A DNA stretch of 64,000 nt from Antedon mediterranea (Eukaryota > Animalia > Echinodermata), in contig NC_092670.1 in NCBI RefSeq assembly GCF_964355755.1, forward strand, positions 14,804,795 through 14,868,794. Reading direction: 5' to 3'. The notes under the pieces were generated by a model. The model ran no database searches. It was not told where the DNA came from and saw nothing but the letters and a program-made list of their open reading frames with translations. Below, piece after piece: positions 1 through 15,000 of this stretch (position 1 is the first letter of the stretch; every line of letters starts with the position of its first letter). The translations under genes were made by a program, and so were the position numbers.

Positions 1-110
1 CGAGGTCAATCCATACTTCCGTCTCACGAAATGCATTTTGGGTAATGAAAGCCAACTTTTTTACAACCCACCCACGAAGTATGTGCAGCGGAAACGGTGC
101 ACGAATTTCA

Positions 111-160
111 TATACGGTATATATACGGTATATTTATACGGTATATTTATACGGTATATT
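111..160. repeat. Short tandem repeat (TATACGGTATAT-like, 4 copies)
   Basis: tatacggtat recurs at 111, 124, 135 and 148. Confidence 0.8.
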
Positions 161-2076
161 TTGGGTTGGCAGCAGAAACGGGCCATATGTTGTTGCTTGT
201 ACAGTATGTATTGTACTGTGTGAAGCATAGAGGTACAGATACAGTATACCTCCATGTGTGAAGCATAATTTATTGTAGGGATGAATGCTCAACCTAAGGC
301 ATGGAATACATGTAGGCTCATCTGTACTGTGTTTTTCTTTTAGTACTGTATGATTGATAGTTACAGGGTGCTGCACCGCTGTCTTGTCATGTATTGTTGT
401 GCCTGAAAATTGAATAAAATAAAATAAATAAATAAATAATGTAGATGTTGCAATATATGCTTACGGTATATCCCAAAAAGAAAATTATTTTGTCCACGAC
501 GACAGGCCCATAACTTTTCCGAAAGATGCATTGGCTGCAACTGAGTCAAATGTGTACACTGGAATAATTCCTGTACTGTACACAACGCCCTCTGACAAAC
601 TAGGAGAAATTGATAAAAAGTAACCAGTAAAAATGCAAGTGTTTTGATCTGCAGTGCACATATCAAAATACCTTCAAACTAAAAAAATAATACAATTGTT
701 GAGCAGCCTTTCATTCATACAGTACAAAAGTCATCATGTATAAGGGTCTCGTTGGGATTTTACACTTCCTGTCATCATTACCGATACAATGTACTTCAAA
801 AGTATTGTTGTATTGTATTGTGATAATTGTATGATTGAAGAAATATTGAAAAGTAAGATCTCAATCTCCGGGACTTTTGATGATCTTGTATTAATATTTA
901 GACTTTAAGATAAAACAAACAAATTATTGATTGAATAATTAGAATATTGATAGTGTCTGATGATTTCATGGTTATACTGTGTCTGAAATATTGCATTTTT
1001 TAATTGGTTGTGTATTGTATAGCCGTAAAGTAACCGCAAAAGCTTTAAAATAAGTGCAAAGCCTATAAAGTACAAGTCTGTATACTCTAATAAGCGTAAA
1101 ACCCATGAAGTACTTGCCTAAATACTGTCAAAAAAGTGCAGTGCATATAACGTATGCAGACAATGTGCGTAAAGTCCCCTAAAGTAAGCGAAAATACCTA
1201 TAAAATGCAGACCCAAAACGCAAGCACAAAGCCTATAACGTAAACACATTTACAAATCTCCACTCCCAATTGATTTTATCATAATTAGGTATTGAGCAAA
1301 ATTGTTAGAAAATAAAAAAGTAAACTGTATGATTTATAAGAAACGCCCAACATCGTAATTGGTGGGTGTAAATGAAATTGATGTGGGTAGTTTCACATGT
1401 AAAGAGTATACAGTAGTACTTGTGTGTATTTGACATCCCTAATTGAACTTCTAAAATGAAAATATTATTTATTACAATGGAATTCTAGGAGTGGTGATTA
1501 TAATTATTGTGTGTAAAGTGTGCAGTCATGTAATGAGTTTTATTTGTCTGGTTTGCTCAAATAGTTTGTTGTCTAGTTGTACCGTATTGGTTGTTTAAAC
1601 ATAAATAAACATGAAAATATCTACTGTAGGCCTATCTTTTCGAATGGGTGGTCTAGGAAGGGAAAGTATTACTTGTAATTTTGTTCAATTTAACTGAAAA
1701 ATGCATTTAATTATTTTGTATAGTTTTGTTTGCGTTATTTGACAAATGTTTGCCATACAACAAGTCATAAATTCAAATAAGAGGATAAACTTAATGTCAA
1801 TTTCACATTTTACAATATAAATATTTTATTAAAAACTATTAATGTGTGTAACGATAGCTACCTGATATGCTGAAAATCAACAGTATTCAAAATTGTAGAC
1901 TTACAGTAAACATGTTTCATGATTTCAAAATAACTCAATTTTTGCTAAATATCTTAGCAGCATTATAGAAAACACTGGTTTGTCCTGGTTATGTACTGTT
2001 AAACCTACAGTACTGTATGAACAAAACTTAAAAATTATTGACATGTACTGTATGCAGTTTTGTACTTGATACTCAG

Positions 2077-2388
2077 TGAGTGAGTGACCGAGCGGTTAAG
2101 ACAGTGGAACCGTAATTACCTAGCCATAACATCGGCAGGGGTTCGAGGCTCACTCACTCCATGGTTCTGGTGGTAGAACGAGTCTTCTCGGATAAGGACT
2201 ATAAACCGTAGGTCCAGTGTACACATCTAGCTCGTGTGCACTTTAAAGAACCTAGTACATCTTTTGAGACGAGTAGGGGGTTACCCCGGTGTATTAGTAC
2301 ATCACAGCCACTGATCACCAACTGGGCCCTCTGGAAGACCAGTCATTGACTGAAGAGGTCACCCAGTATAAATATATATTTCAATTCA
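2077..2388 (+). mobile_element. tRNA-derived SINE with Deu/Nin-type central domain
   Basis: A-box (tgaccgagcggttaag) and B-box (ggttcgagg), then the core ttctcggataaggactataaaccgtaggtcc...ttaaagaacc...gagtagggggttaccccggtgt. The core recurs at 11671, 28695 and, on the minus strand, 5800-6046. The Deu/Nin assignment is from recalled consensus. Confidence 0.75.
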
Positions 2389-2483
2389 AGTAAATTATAA
2401 TTGTCAAGTCAAGTATCTCTGTTGAGATATTTTTCTTGGGTAGTTTTATCCATAAAGGGTGGTTGTTGTAGACTAGAGGGTAG

Positions 2484-2696
2484 TTACCTCCGCTAAGGAC
2501 GTTATGTTTTCATGCGTGTGTAGCATTTTTTTTTATATATTTGTTTGTTAATGTTACACTTACAGTAGTAGCAGGATTACTAAATTTATTTTCATAAGAT
2601 TTTAAAGGATGGTTTCATAGCTATATTGGAACATGTCATTAAATTTTCATATGTCTAGGCAGAGGTTTGCACTCTCTGGGTGGCCTTCTTCTAGTT
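2484..2696 (+). mobile_element. Helentron-associated (HINE/DINE-like) non-autonomous element
   Basis: Starts ttacctccgctaagg..ttatgtttt, has an internal tttgtttg, a subterminal inverted repeat gcagaggt, a short hairpin gcactctctgggtg, and ends ctagtt. Confidence 0.6.
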
Positions 2697-3029
2697 ATAT
2701 AGTTTACCCACACAAATAAAATATCACATCAAACATTGTACTGTAATAGTTCAAAGAAAAGATTTTAAATGGGACCAAAAAGTAAGATTTTTCTTAAGAT
2801 GGTCTCCAGGACTGAAAAGGTAAAAAAAAAGATGATAAATTCGGAAACTGGTCTTGTTTCTGCTGGACAATAGTACTGTAACAATATTTAAAATGACCAA
2901 TTATTAATTCAAGATTATTTCTTGGCAGCAGGAACAGGCCTATAGGGACACTATGTCAAACACAATGTCTTAACACAACCATAAGTATAATATTATATAA
3001 TATAATCGAATGTCAACATTTATTTTTAG

Positions 3030-6000
3030 GTGAAAGTGGAGCTGGAAAAACGGAGGCGTCGAAGGTAATTATGAGATATATGGCAGCGATTACACATGCA
3101 AGCGGCCAGAATGAAATCAACAGGTAATTACATACATAATATTCATTCATAAATACCACTTGTTTAATAAAATTTCATGCTTGACTGAGTACATTGTCAG
3201 TGTGTCATAAATATCAATGACCCAAAAATCTTTAGATTGACAATTAAAAAAGAAATTATTGATTTTCAACACTGTTATTGTGTTTATTCTTATATTCATA
3301 CGGTTCTATTAATTGGAGTAGACATATATTACTTGCATGAATTTTACAGTAGATATAGATACCATGCAGTATTGAAGAATAGGACATAAAATAGTAAATT
3401 AATAAATTTTTTAATTGACTGTTTTATTAGTATTAATAGTTCAATGTCTTGAATTGAAGCCAGGACAAAATTTTATATACTCGGTTTAATTGTATGTTGA
3501 TGAGACAAACATAGTACCCGACCCTTAACAGCACCTCATATGGCCTAATATCAACTTGAATCCTATATTATTGTATCTCTAATGCACTTGTCAATTGTAT
3601 GACCCACTATACGACCCCCGGGAGAGGTGCGTCATGGGTGCGTCATTTACAAATAATTACTGACACAGGGGTGCGTCCAAGAACCTAGATGGTACGTCAC
3701 ATCAATGAACAAGGTTTGTCAATGTCCGTCACTTTACCACCCACCATATCATAAACAACATGGTCACAGTGCGTCAAAATGGGTGCGTCATGGTAACCTA
3801 AAGGTAAGTCACCTTTTTGACGCACGGGTGCGTCATGGTATTCAAAAGTATGACGCACATCGGACAAATGACGCACCTCTCCCGGGGGTCGTATAGTGGG
3901 TCATACAATTGACAAGTGCATAATCACTGACTGTGGTAAAGTGCGGACATGTTAGTATGTCATAGGGTCAATTTGTTATCCTCCTATAATAAGCCTCAGT
4001 TATAGATCCTAATGCTGATGATGTTATCTTGGTGTGTCTCACTATAAGGGCGCTTTTTTGACGAAGGTGCGATGTATATGATAAAGTTCTTCTTTTGGTA
4101 ATGTATTCGTCTCTTCAGAGAGAGAGGCTATTGTTGGTTTATATAGTAGACTATCAACACCACTATTTATTTGTGTTAAAAATAAAGGCCTTGTAAAACA
4201 TATGTCCTTTTGTCATTCTTTAGTATTTGAAAGCAAGGCCTCGTACCATGTTATAGAATCAACTTGTTATCCTTCTATAATGACCTTGGTTATAGGTCCT
4301 AATGGCAGCTTTTAGCATTTGCAAATAAAAAATAAGGCCTCAGTAGCACCTCATATGTCCTAATGACATAAACTTGTTAGTAAGATGAATAAAACCTCAT
4401 TCAGAAGATCTCAACTTGTTAAAATTCTTCATTATTTCACACCCAAAAGTGACATTGCCAAATTGGTACTTTATTGGTAATATATACAATAATAACATAT
4501 TGTTATATTTAATGACTATGCACAACTGTATTTTTTATGTTCTGTGGTTGAACAATAAACATACTGTACTGTAATACAGAATTGCATAGCCTATATAAAT
4601 ATGTGAATGTAATTGGTCAAAATGCATGACCATTGACCATACCAAGGCAATATTACATGTTATGTTGGCAGGGTAGATAAAATATAAAGTGATGTGAAAT
4701 TATGTGTGTATAAGCTGATGCTTTCGATTTGCACAACAAAATTAAAGTAGTACAAAATATTGTAGTTACCAATCAAATGCCTTATTTTGCTTGAAATAAA
4801 ATTATTCTCATCCAATCTAATTGTCTGATAGTGTTTATATAATAATAGTCTTTTGAGCCAATCAAAGGCCCTGTTAAAAGTAGTTTGAATGGTTTACTTA
4901 TTCTTTTTTTGGTTCTTATTTGCAGAGTCAAAAACATTCTTATCCAATCAAATGCTCTGTTAGAAGCGTTTGGAAATGCCAAGACAACTCGCAATGACAA
5001 TTCTAGTCGATTCGGCAAGTACATGGATATCAACTTTGACTTCAAGGGTGACCCTATCGGTGGTCACATTAATAATTATCTACTAGAAAAGGTATGTTTA
5101 TTTTAATAAAACCAAATCAAAATAGAAAGTTATTTGAATTTCTGTGAGCATTATTAAACATCTTTTCTGAAGCACCTATTTAAAACAGCGGCAAATGGAA
5201 GATCGATAAATAATTTCGACACTCTCTATTCAACAATGCGATAAATTAATAATTTTGTCTTTCTTTTTTTAAGTCGCGTGTCATTAGGCAGCAAGATGGC
5301 GAACGTAACTTCCATTCCTTTTACCAACTCTTGAGTGGAGGAACTGACCAACAATTAGCGGCACTCAAATTAGAACGTAACCCGGACAAATATCATTATG
5401 TTAATCAAGGAAATAGTGTAAAGGTATCAAGAAATTGTTTGTATATTTTTAGGGTTTTCATTTTTTTAAGGTGGAAAAGTTTCATCATTATCATCATCGC
5501 CAATCTTGTCAAAATCCTAGATTTTCTTGTGTGTTCATCTCTTTATGTAATTTTAGAGTGTAAGCCATATTACCTACAGTACATGATCATTAATATACAG
5601 GTAGGTCTGCACATGCCCAATGAACCCTAATCTCCCAAACATCCCTATCCTCCCATCCCCCAATATCTGTGCAGTAAAAACTGCCATAAAGTAATTAAAA
5701 TGCACCTAATATTTTTCATTTTCCCCTAATTTTTAGAAAGTACTGTAGTCTATTGTGGTATAGTGCTTATGGTTTTATAGATTCATATACAAATAGTACC
5801 CTTATTATATATACAGCAGAAAGACACAGTGCCCTACAGTAGATGATGTCACATTCACCGATGTAAGACCCTACTCTTCTGAAAGAAAGTTTCTAAAGTT
5901 CACACAGGCCAGATTTGTACACTGGGGCTGAACCTCCAGTTTGTAATTCCTAGACTGGTTCAACCACCAGAACTATGGTAGAGGAAAGTCTTGAAACTCT

Positions 6001-9000
6001 ACCGTATGGCTTTGTTTGTGGCCTAAACCGCTCGGCCACTCCACCTGATTTTGCAATTATTCCTCATAAACTTATTATGCACAAATACAGTACATAGAAA
6101 ACATGCATGAAAACAATATGTATGCAAGAAAAACTTGATGTTCTCTACATCTATGCATGACAAGTCCAGAATCAATACTCAATTTTACATAATGTGATAT
6201 TAAAATTTCATTGTAGTAATAAAATATACGTAGTTAAATTAAGAATGGGCATTAGTACTGTACACGCTTTATTACCTACTTAATGTATTGTGTTTTGCTC
6301 ATACTGTACACTGCTGGAATAGCAGCTACAGTAATACTCCTATCTGTATTAATAAATATACAGAGATGCTCCAACATTTTCTTTAAATATTTCCTATTAA
6401 TTTAGTGAACCAGTGGCATTTCAGAGCCAGAGAAAATTGGGGGGGAAAAATATTTTTTTTTAGAATTAATTATTTTTAGACATAAAATTCAAGATAGCAA
6501 TGTAAATAACTTTATGACAAAAAACTCCAATTTAATTAAACTCACTTATAATATATAGATATAATGAACAATAATATTTACATTAAATTGTATAAGAAAT
6601 CTAGCCACAATTAAAATTTCATAACATATTTGTAGATAAGCTTATAAAGTTTTTTAATAAAAGCCCTTTTGAATTTAGGTTATTAATTGCATCAGAATAC
6701 ATTGTACCATAAACCTTCTATAAGCATCAACACAGTATTAGAGATACATCTTTATGTATGTACACATATTATGATATTAACTACAGTTGTCATAATTCAC
6801 AATATTGCATATTTAATGGCTTTTTGATAGACAATAAATTGCCAATTCAGCTACCACGATAGACATCAAAATATGATTTAATAGTCACATTATATTAACA
6901 TCAGTTTCTGTTTTTATTAACAACAATCGATGCATATTGCTTGATTTAGTATTTAAACAACACAGTGTGTGCTAATTTTACCAGTATTCTTCCAATATAG
7001 AAATCAATTCCGGAAAATTAAGCGAAGTACCAAATTATTGATACACTAAAGATGTAACTAAAAAAACACAAATTGTACTTCTGTCTATCCAATTTGCAAA
7101 ATATAACCCTTGATTGCTCTTGTTCTATGTTTTTAATGGCTAGGCCTAACCTTCAACTACTAGGTTGTATTTCTTACATCATTTCCAATCTTGCTGGCAA
7201 AACCTGCCTCTGGAGGACACTGTATACAACTTTCCATGCCTATTTTTTTTTTTCTTTTCTTTGCTTGTATCATTTCTATTTCATTTGTGGTACTGATTAC
7301 AATATGAAAATTGCTCTTTTAATATATTTAAAATGTTGAAAGATATGTATCAAATATTTTTTATTTTACAAATCTTAAATTATTTTTGGCTTTTATAATT
7401 TTCATGTACATTACAAACGTTTACATGAATAATTCAGTACTAAATGCCATCATACACAGGCTCCTTGGAACTGGTGATTTACAATACTATCACTTTAATA
7501 TACATTCTTTAATGTATAAATTTTAGAATTCCAATGAAATGTAAAATGTATAAACCCCGGTATAAAGTATGATACATTTTTTTCTTTTTTTCCATTTCAG
7601 AACGACCAAAACATGGTAATTTTCTTTTGATTTCATTTATGTTTTCATATTTATTTTAGTTTACATTATTTTATTTCATAGTATTTCTTCTCGTATTTTC
7701 AATTTTGTTTTGGTTCCTATTCCGTGCCTAGATTATCTGGATTAACCAACAATAACCCCTTTCTTCAAAGAGAGGAATATGTGTATATTTTGGGTTTATT
7801 CAGCTAAATGTGGCATGCAGCATACCAACACTGTTGGTTTGTGTGATTTGAATTTTAATTACCAAATTTATTTTATCCTTATTTTTAAATTCTTTCCTTT
7901 CAATTATGTTATGTTTTTTATTTATAGTATTGTTTTGAATTGCTGTGTTTTAAAAAAAAATCTACTTTTCAAATATTTTACTTTCTATGAAATGAATTGT
8001 TACCTTTCTTTATTCTCTCTTAGTCCAAATAAATTAAACACCCACACTGATGGGTTTCTACCTGTATGTCATGTTTCAATCTATATACACTAAAGTGTAA
8101 TTTAATTCTTGAACATTTTACAGTTTAAGATTAGAGTTTACATTGGTATTGTTTTCATCAATAACAGTTTACTGTTTAAGCATGAATCTATAAATTATTA
8201 ATTTATAGGTCCATGGTTTATTAGTATTTCCTGGTAGATGGATTAGTATAGTACTTATCAGGACAGGACAAATAATAAATGTTTATAAGTGCGATGGTAC
8301 AAAATTTCAAATTTCACCTGATGAAATTATTTTTACCATCATACGAATATATAAACATTATTGTTCTATATAATACCTAAGTAGTAATTCTTGTCATTGT
8401 AATTGTTCTGATCTTTTTGTTGTGAAGGAGAGATTGTGTCGTGCACGTCGCTGCTTCTGTTCGCAGGGCCACCAAAAATATTGGATTTCACAAAGTATTT
8501 TTCCACAGTCGTTAAATAGTATGTACTAATGCATGCCATGTGACCAAAAATCATCCAATTAAATGACAAGAATCTATTTAGGTGTAATATAATAAAGAAT
8601 AGGCAGCCATAATCCTAGAAAATATTCATACAAATCTGTAGTAAAAAATGACTTTATATTTTATTTGAGCACTTTTAATCTGCAACATTTTATTAGACAG
8701 AAAATCAAGTATATATTTTAAATTAGTACTGTAAAAATTGTATAAAGATCTTGCAGTTTTCTGAATAGAAATCCGTATTATAGAAAACTTAGGTCGAAAA
8801 GATGTCTTTATCCCTATAAAAAGCTTAGGGTAGATCTATTAAAAAACTTACATTAGGGCAATTGGACACTCCTATCCTGACAGCCAGCAAAGTAGACATC
8901 CCTACACCTACACTACAACTAGATCGCATGTCATCAAAATTAATAGTTAAATGTGTTTTGCATTTTATCAATCTATATACAATATGATCCACATAATATA

Positions 9001-12000
9001 ATGTGTAAAATAATTACTACTGACAATGTAGTTATAAAACATATTTTGGTGGTTTTTAGGTTGGAACAATCAATGACCGAAAAGATTTCAAAACTGTACA
9101 AGAAGCAATGAGAGATATGCAGTTTTCACCTGATGAGTGTAAAACAGTTTGGGCAACTGTTGCATCCATCATGCACCTAGTAAGTACAAGAAAGGAAGAG
9201 TATTTCGTCTTTGGGACAACTCTATTAAGAGGAAAACCCTATTAGGAGGCGATCCTATTAAGATTCGATCCTATCAAGACAACCCTATTAAGGGGAAATT
9301 GTCAAAGAAACAAAAAATGAGAAAGTTTGTGTTTGTTTGTTTGGTCCAAAAGTTTTCATCTTAATAGTGGTTCTGTTGTACTGTATATATTTATTAAGTG
9401 TAGTATGTAGTATTTCTCTCAATACATTGTTTATAAATGATTGATTCCGCTTCCTAATTACTTCTCCTATCCAGTGCAGTTTAAACAAGCAATACAAAGA
9501 TGTAAATGCAAAAAACAAAACAGAAAGCATATGCACATATCTATTAATAGATTGTTTATATCAAAATGACTCTTTCTATACAGTATATATATAATCTCTG
9601 TTAAATGGAAACCGTTGGGTGTCCTCTTAATAGACTTGATCCCTGAAAGTGGTTGTCCGTAGAGATATTACCCCTAGAAAGTGTCCCCTTGATAGAGGTA
9701 TCCCAATAGATAATAATCTACTACTAATATTTTTAATTATTAAAACTATCTATTCCCAGTTTTGTTATTATGACATTTTTCCCAATACAGTTTGCACCTA
9801 TCATAAGAATGAACTAGCAATTGTTTTTTATTAGGGTGCAATCATTTTTGATAGCGAAGACAGTGAGCAGTGTTTTGTAAAGAACCCTGAAGATCTGTCG
9901 ACGATAACAGAGCTACTACAGGTACAGAAAGAAGACCTAGAAAAGGCATTGTGTTCCAGGGTTGTGGCTGCTAGGGGAGAGGTCATGGAGAAAGGTCACA
10001 CGTCAGAACAAGCAGAATTTGGAAGAGATGCATTTGCTAAGGTTGGTTAATGGTAGTGACTATTGTAATTATGTAAGCGTCTGGCCAGGACTATGTGCTA
10101 TTCTAGCTTCTATAAAAGTTATAATATTTCTCCTTATCTGGGTGTAGCGTACCAAAGTAGTAAGATCATTCAAATATTTGAAGGGTCAAGTACCTGACAC
10201 CTCGTAATCTATTTTGTAATTAACGCATGTTCGCTGTTAACTCAGTGACTGAACGATTATACAAACTGTATATCCAACATACACAATCTACTTTTTTTGC
10301 TCTATGAGTAAAAGGTTTCCAATGTACTCGTTCACACCATGGACAAATGAGCGCCTTTACCCATTGGTTGGAGCATCATTTATTTAAGTGTAGAATCACA
10401 ATTTAAATCGGCAATATATAAAACCATCATGGTCAAGTACTGTAGTAACAATAACAAGAACAATTTTGTAGTGGAGAAATATTTCTTATACAGCTAGATT
10501 TTCTATAGTTTAAAGTGAGTAATTCAGTCTTTCATTTATAGACAATCTTACTTTTTTCATACTCATAGCTAAACACTTGAATTCTAAATCCAAATATTTA
10601 AAGTGTTATTCGTGATTTCTTTAATTCAAAAGTGGTCTAGTTTTTTTTCTTCTTGAGTTTTTTGAGACAAGTCTAAGATGGGTATTAACAGAATTCAACT
10701 TGACATTCTGAAATTGACAATTGACAAATTAATCTGTAATTTTATAGATAAATACAATGTTCAGATATATACAATAGGTTGATATCATTTTTGTTCTATA
10801 ATTCTATTCTATAACCTTTTCTTTATGGATTTTACAACTTTTCAAGTTTCTTGGAGACATGTCTCAAGATATTTATGAGTAGAATTCAATTTCAAATTCA
10901 ATTTGACACTTGAGAAATAATCTTTTATTTATTTTTTGAATACAAAGGAAGTCATACATCAGATTAGACTAAATTAAAAAAATGGTTAGTTTCACATCCT
11001 GGATTTTAAATTAGTTTTTTTATGATTCAATAACACAACCTTTTAGAACATGACCGCGATTGTTTTTATACTAAATACGACCATTTTTTAAAAAGAAGTA
11101 CTAACAGGAATAAATTCCTGCTGCTCCAATATTTCAGAGAGGGGATGTGTTTTATTTTTTAATTTTTTTTAAATATAATGTTACTTTATTTTTATCTTGT
11201 ATTCCAATACACGTTGCTCTGTATAACATACCTTAAAAAAAGCCCAGCTCAAATGAAGCCCTCTCTTTGGTTTTCAAATGTAATTTAAAAAACAAGCCCA
11301 TTTTGAAAACAATCCCACTGGGCTTCTCGACTATTTGAATGTCAAAGGAGCAGAAATACACAATACCAACACATGGTTAAGAGTTAGTTGGGCGATTTAA
11401 ATGCTAGATATTTGTGTTTGTTTGAACTTTAAATGGCAAGTGAGCAAGTAAAACAAAAACTACACAGGCTGTGGGTTAATATCAATAGAATCATATTATA
11501 CAGAATGTGATAGTTTTGCATGTTGATCATGACTGCAGTATAGACTTCCTCATTATGCCTGTATATGGTATTGTTATGGAATGACCCTGACAAATATTGC
11601 ATATTCATTCTTTCCTGGTTTATTGAAATAAATATAATAATAATATTTGATAATTTAATTTGCAAGCCAAATGGCCAATCCGTAACTAAAGAGCCAACAA
11701 TATTGGTATGGGCTTGACGCTGACTCACTCCTACTGTAGTTCTGGTGAGGGAACCAGTCTTCTCGGATAGGGACTATAAACCATAGGTCCGGTGTAAACA
11801 GTTTTAACCTGTGTGCACTTCAAAGAACCTGAGGCTAACTGGTTCACAAAATAGCCCTGTATCAGAGGAATTACCACCTATCTGATAGGACAGTGATTTA
11901 TTTACTATTATTAGTAATCGTTTTGGTAAGCCACATGTGCCCAAAGACACAAAATGATACAAATATAAATACTATGTTTAAAATGTAAAGAAGATGGTAG

Positions 12001-15000
12001 TACTTTGAATGGAAATTGACAATTTCTTTTTATTATGAACTAATATTTACCTTTATGCATTTCACTCTGCAAATCCTTAATTAATTATCCAAACATTATG
12101 CTGCATGCACACGTGATTAATGATAATTTACATACGTGAATAAATTAAAATATTTTGGTAACCATCTTATTAATATTATGCTTGCAATGAATGCACACAT
12201 AGAAACCATCCATTTAGACACCCCTATCCGCAGAACACCTCTATTTAGTGGACACTTTCCTGTTAAAAAAAATTAGAAGCAATATATTTGTTAAATCTAC
12301 AGCCAATATTCAGGGTTTGCTTCTATTAAGGGACCCCATTGTTTGATCCTCAACAAACCACCTCATTAATAGGGGTTATATTGTAGTATGGAAAGTATAG
12401 ATTAAATGCATAATTTTGTTCAATCTTACTACAGGATTTAAATAATTACAGTACCACTTTAATTATCTAAATTTATTTTATAACATCAGGAAGTTTACAT
12501 TGTGAAAATTCACGCTTTTACTGCCTCTTTTAAAAGTTATTTTATTTTATCACTGATATAAATACATGTTATTACCACACAGGCTATTTACGATCGTCTA
12601 TTCAGCTGGATTGTGAGCAAGGTCAACGAAGCCATTGAGGTGAGAGGCTCAAACCTTAAGCACGGCAAGAGTACACTTATCGGCGTGCTTGATATCTATG
12701 GCTTTGAGATCTTTGATAACAACAGGTAAAATACATCGCTAATAACAGTGACACAAGAATGAGATTCTCTCAATATATTTTTAAGGATTAAGAAATATTT
12801 CATACTTATTTAGTTTTGAATTACAGGATAAATCAGCATGTATAAGGTTGACTTTTTAGACTTTAAGAGTATAAGTCGTTTTATTGTTGATAGATAATTT
12901 TCATTCTATGATGGTTCAAATATTCTCAATCACCCACACACATTGACCATAAGTAGGTAGTCAGCAATTCAGACATAAACAATTAAAATCAATTCTATCT
13001 TGACCCACATCTTGTAATTTCTAAAATGTAAAGTATTAAAGTCAACTAATCAATCAAAGTATGTTTGGTCAGTCAATTTCATTTGGTCAAATATATTTTT
13101 TATCGAGAGTGAGTCAAATCCAACACAATCGTAGCTCAAAAAGATAGCCACCACGGAGAGAGGAACCATTAAATTTGACTGCATCATCAATCGGCCAAAC
13201 ATATAAATGATAGTTGAAGTCACACACACTTACATATTGAGAATTCTGTTCATTACGACCTTATGCGAAAATTTCACTGGCATTAAAAATAGAATTAATT
13301 TTATAAAAATGTACTGTACTGTAGAATCCCTTTTTGATATTCAGGGGACACCTTTATTAAGGGAACTCATTCCTGTAAAAAAAATACTAAAATAAACCCC
13401 TATTAAATGGATACTTTTTTTTTTTGGTCCTTAAAAGGTCTCCTCTTAATAGAGGTTCTATCGTAAAAAAAACTGATTTATGGGGTTTTCTTGATATTGT
13501 TTTGGTTATTATAAATTTTATATACTAAAATTAGTGGTGCGGTCGCCAGGAGTACAGACCCTGTTTGCATTATATATCGGTGTCATCTATTTAACTCCCT
13601 AATACTTCTATGGGTGAAATAGTAAGGCTTGTTTTCTGCAGAGCTTTTAAATTTCAAAGAATTTATATTTTTACTGATTTTTTTAGTTTTTCCTGTTTAC
13701 TTCAATCAGAAACCTGTTGAAATTATATGTTGTATTTAACAGTAAATAAAGTACAAAGTAATTACTAGTGGCTATAGATTTTAGATGAACTGTACAAGGA
13801 AATGTCTCCGGCCTATTATAGACTTAAAATAATAAAATTTTTATGTGGGCATATGTGGGAGGAAATGTGTACCAACAATATTTTTCCTAATTATTTCCCT
13901 CTACATTTTTTCTTTCCGGTAATTATTTAAAATGCCAATGGAATGAAACGGCAACACCCAAAAAAAAAATACAGACTTTTTTTTCTTCCGCAGTCATAAA
14001 AAGGGTATATAATAGCAATAATGTGACAAATACAAAAATAAGCACTAACTCACAGTTTATCCTTGTTTAGCCTATATTTGTATGAAAATTTAACATTTTT
14101 GTCTAGATAAATAAGTTTTTTATAACATGTTTCAAATGTTCTAATACCCATAAATTGAATTTTTCTCATCATCTCATGTTAGGCTTTTTGTAGCTAGATA
14201 CTTAATAGGGTCAATGAATATCACAAGTACTGTAATACAGTGTAACATATGTATCACATGTCATAGGTCAACAAATAATCACTCTAAATTAAATTTGTCT
14301 TTTAGTTTTGAACAGTTCTGTATAAACTACTGCAATGAGAAACTTCAGCAACTGTTCATAGAATTAGTTTTGAAACAAGAGCAAGAAGAGTATGAACGAG
14401 AAGGAATTGAATGGCAGTCAATTGAGTACTTCAACAACAGAATAATCTGTGACCTAGTGGAGGAGAACCATAAAGGCATCATTGCCATCTTGGATGAAGC
14501 TTGTCTGAATGTTGGCAAAGTCACTGATGAGGTACTCGTCTTTATTTAATTCACCTTGATATATCTTGGCTGCTGTTTTCTATTTGCGAATATATCATAT
14601 AATATATAAACACCACAGGCACAGAACAAATTCTAAACCGCCCGGTGATATACTGAAAATTTATTAATTAATTTGATAATGTGAAGAAATCTGTGAGAAT
14701 GAGAAGTCACCCAACCGGGATTCGAACCTGGAACCTTTTGCTTGATATGCAGATGTCCTAACCATTAGACCACTGCGACATTCATATTATTGTTCAAACC
14801 CGATTGGATAGCGACTCTTTAACACTCTAATAATTATTTATTTTGTTTAATTCACCATTGTTCTAGATGTTTCTTGATGCAATGAACAAAAAGTTAACCA
14901 AACACCCTCATTACACAAGTAGAGCTCTGCAGCCCACTGACAAGTCTCTGGTACACAGCCAAGACTTCAGAATACGCCATTATGCAGGTGATGTCACGTA

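Noticed and set aside
1-3029. Search for upstream MYO1D exons (PH.FA..AY..M..DTCIVISG)
   Set aside because: None recognised; the region appears intronic, with the earlier exons outside the window.
14703-14780. tRNA-like sequence on the minus strand
   Set aside because: A and B boxes are present but there is no proper acceptor stem, and it continues into a tail shared with the 16511 copy; it is a SINE head.
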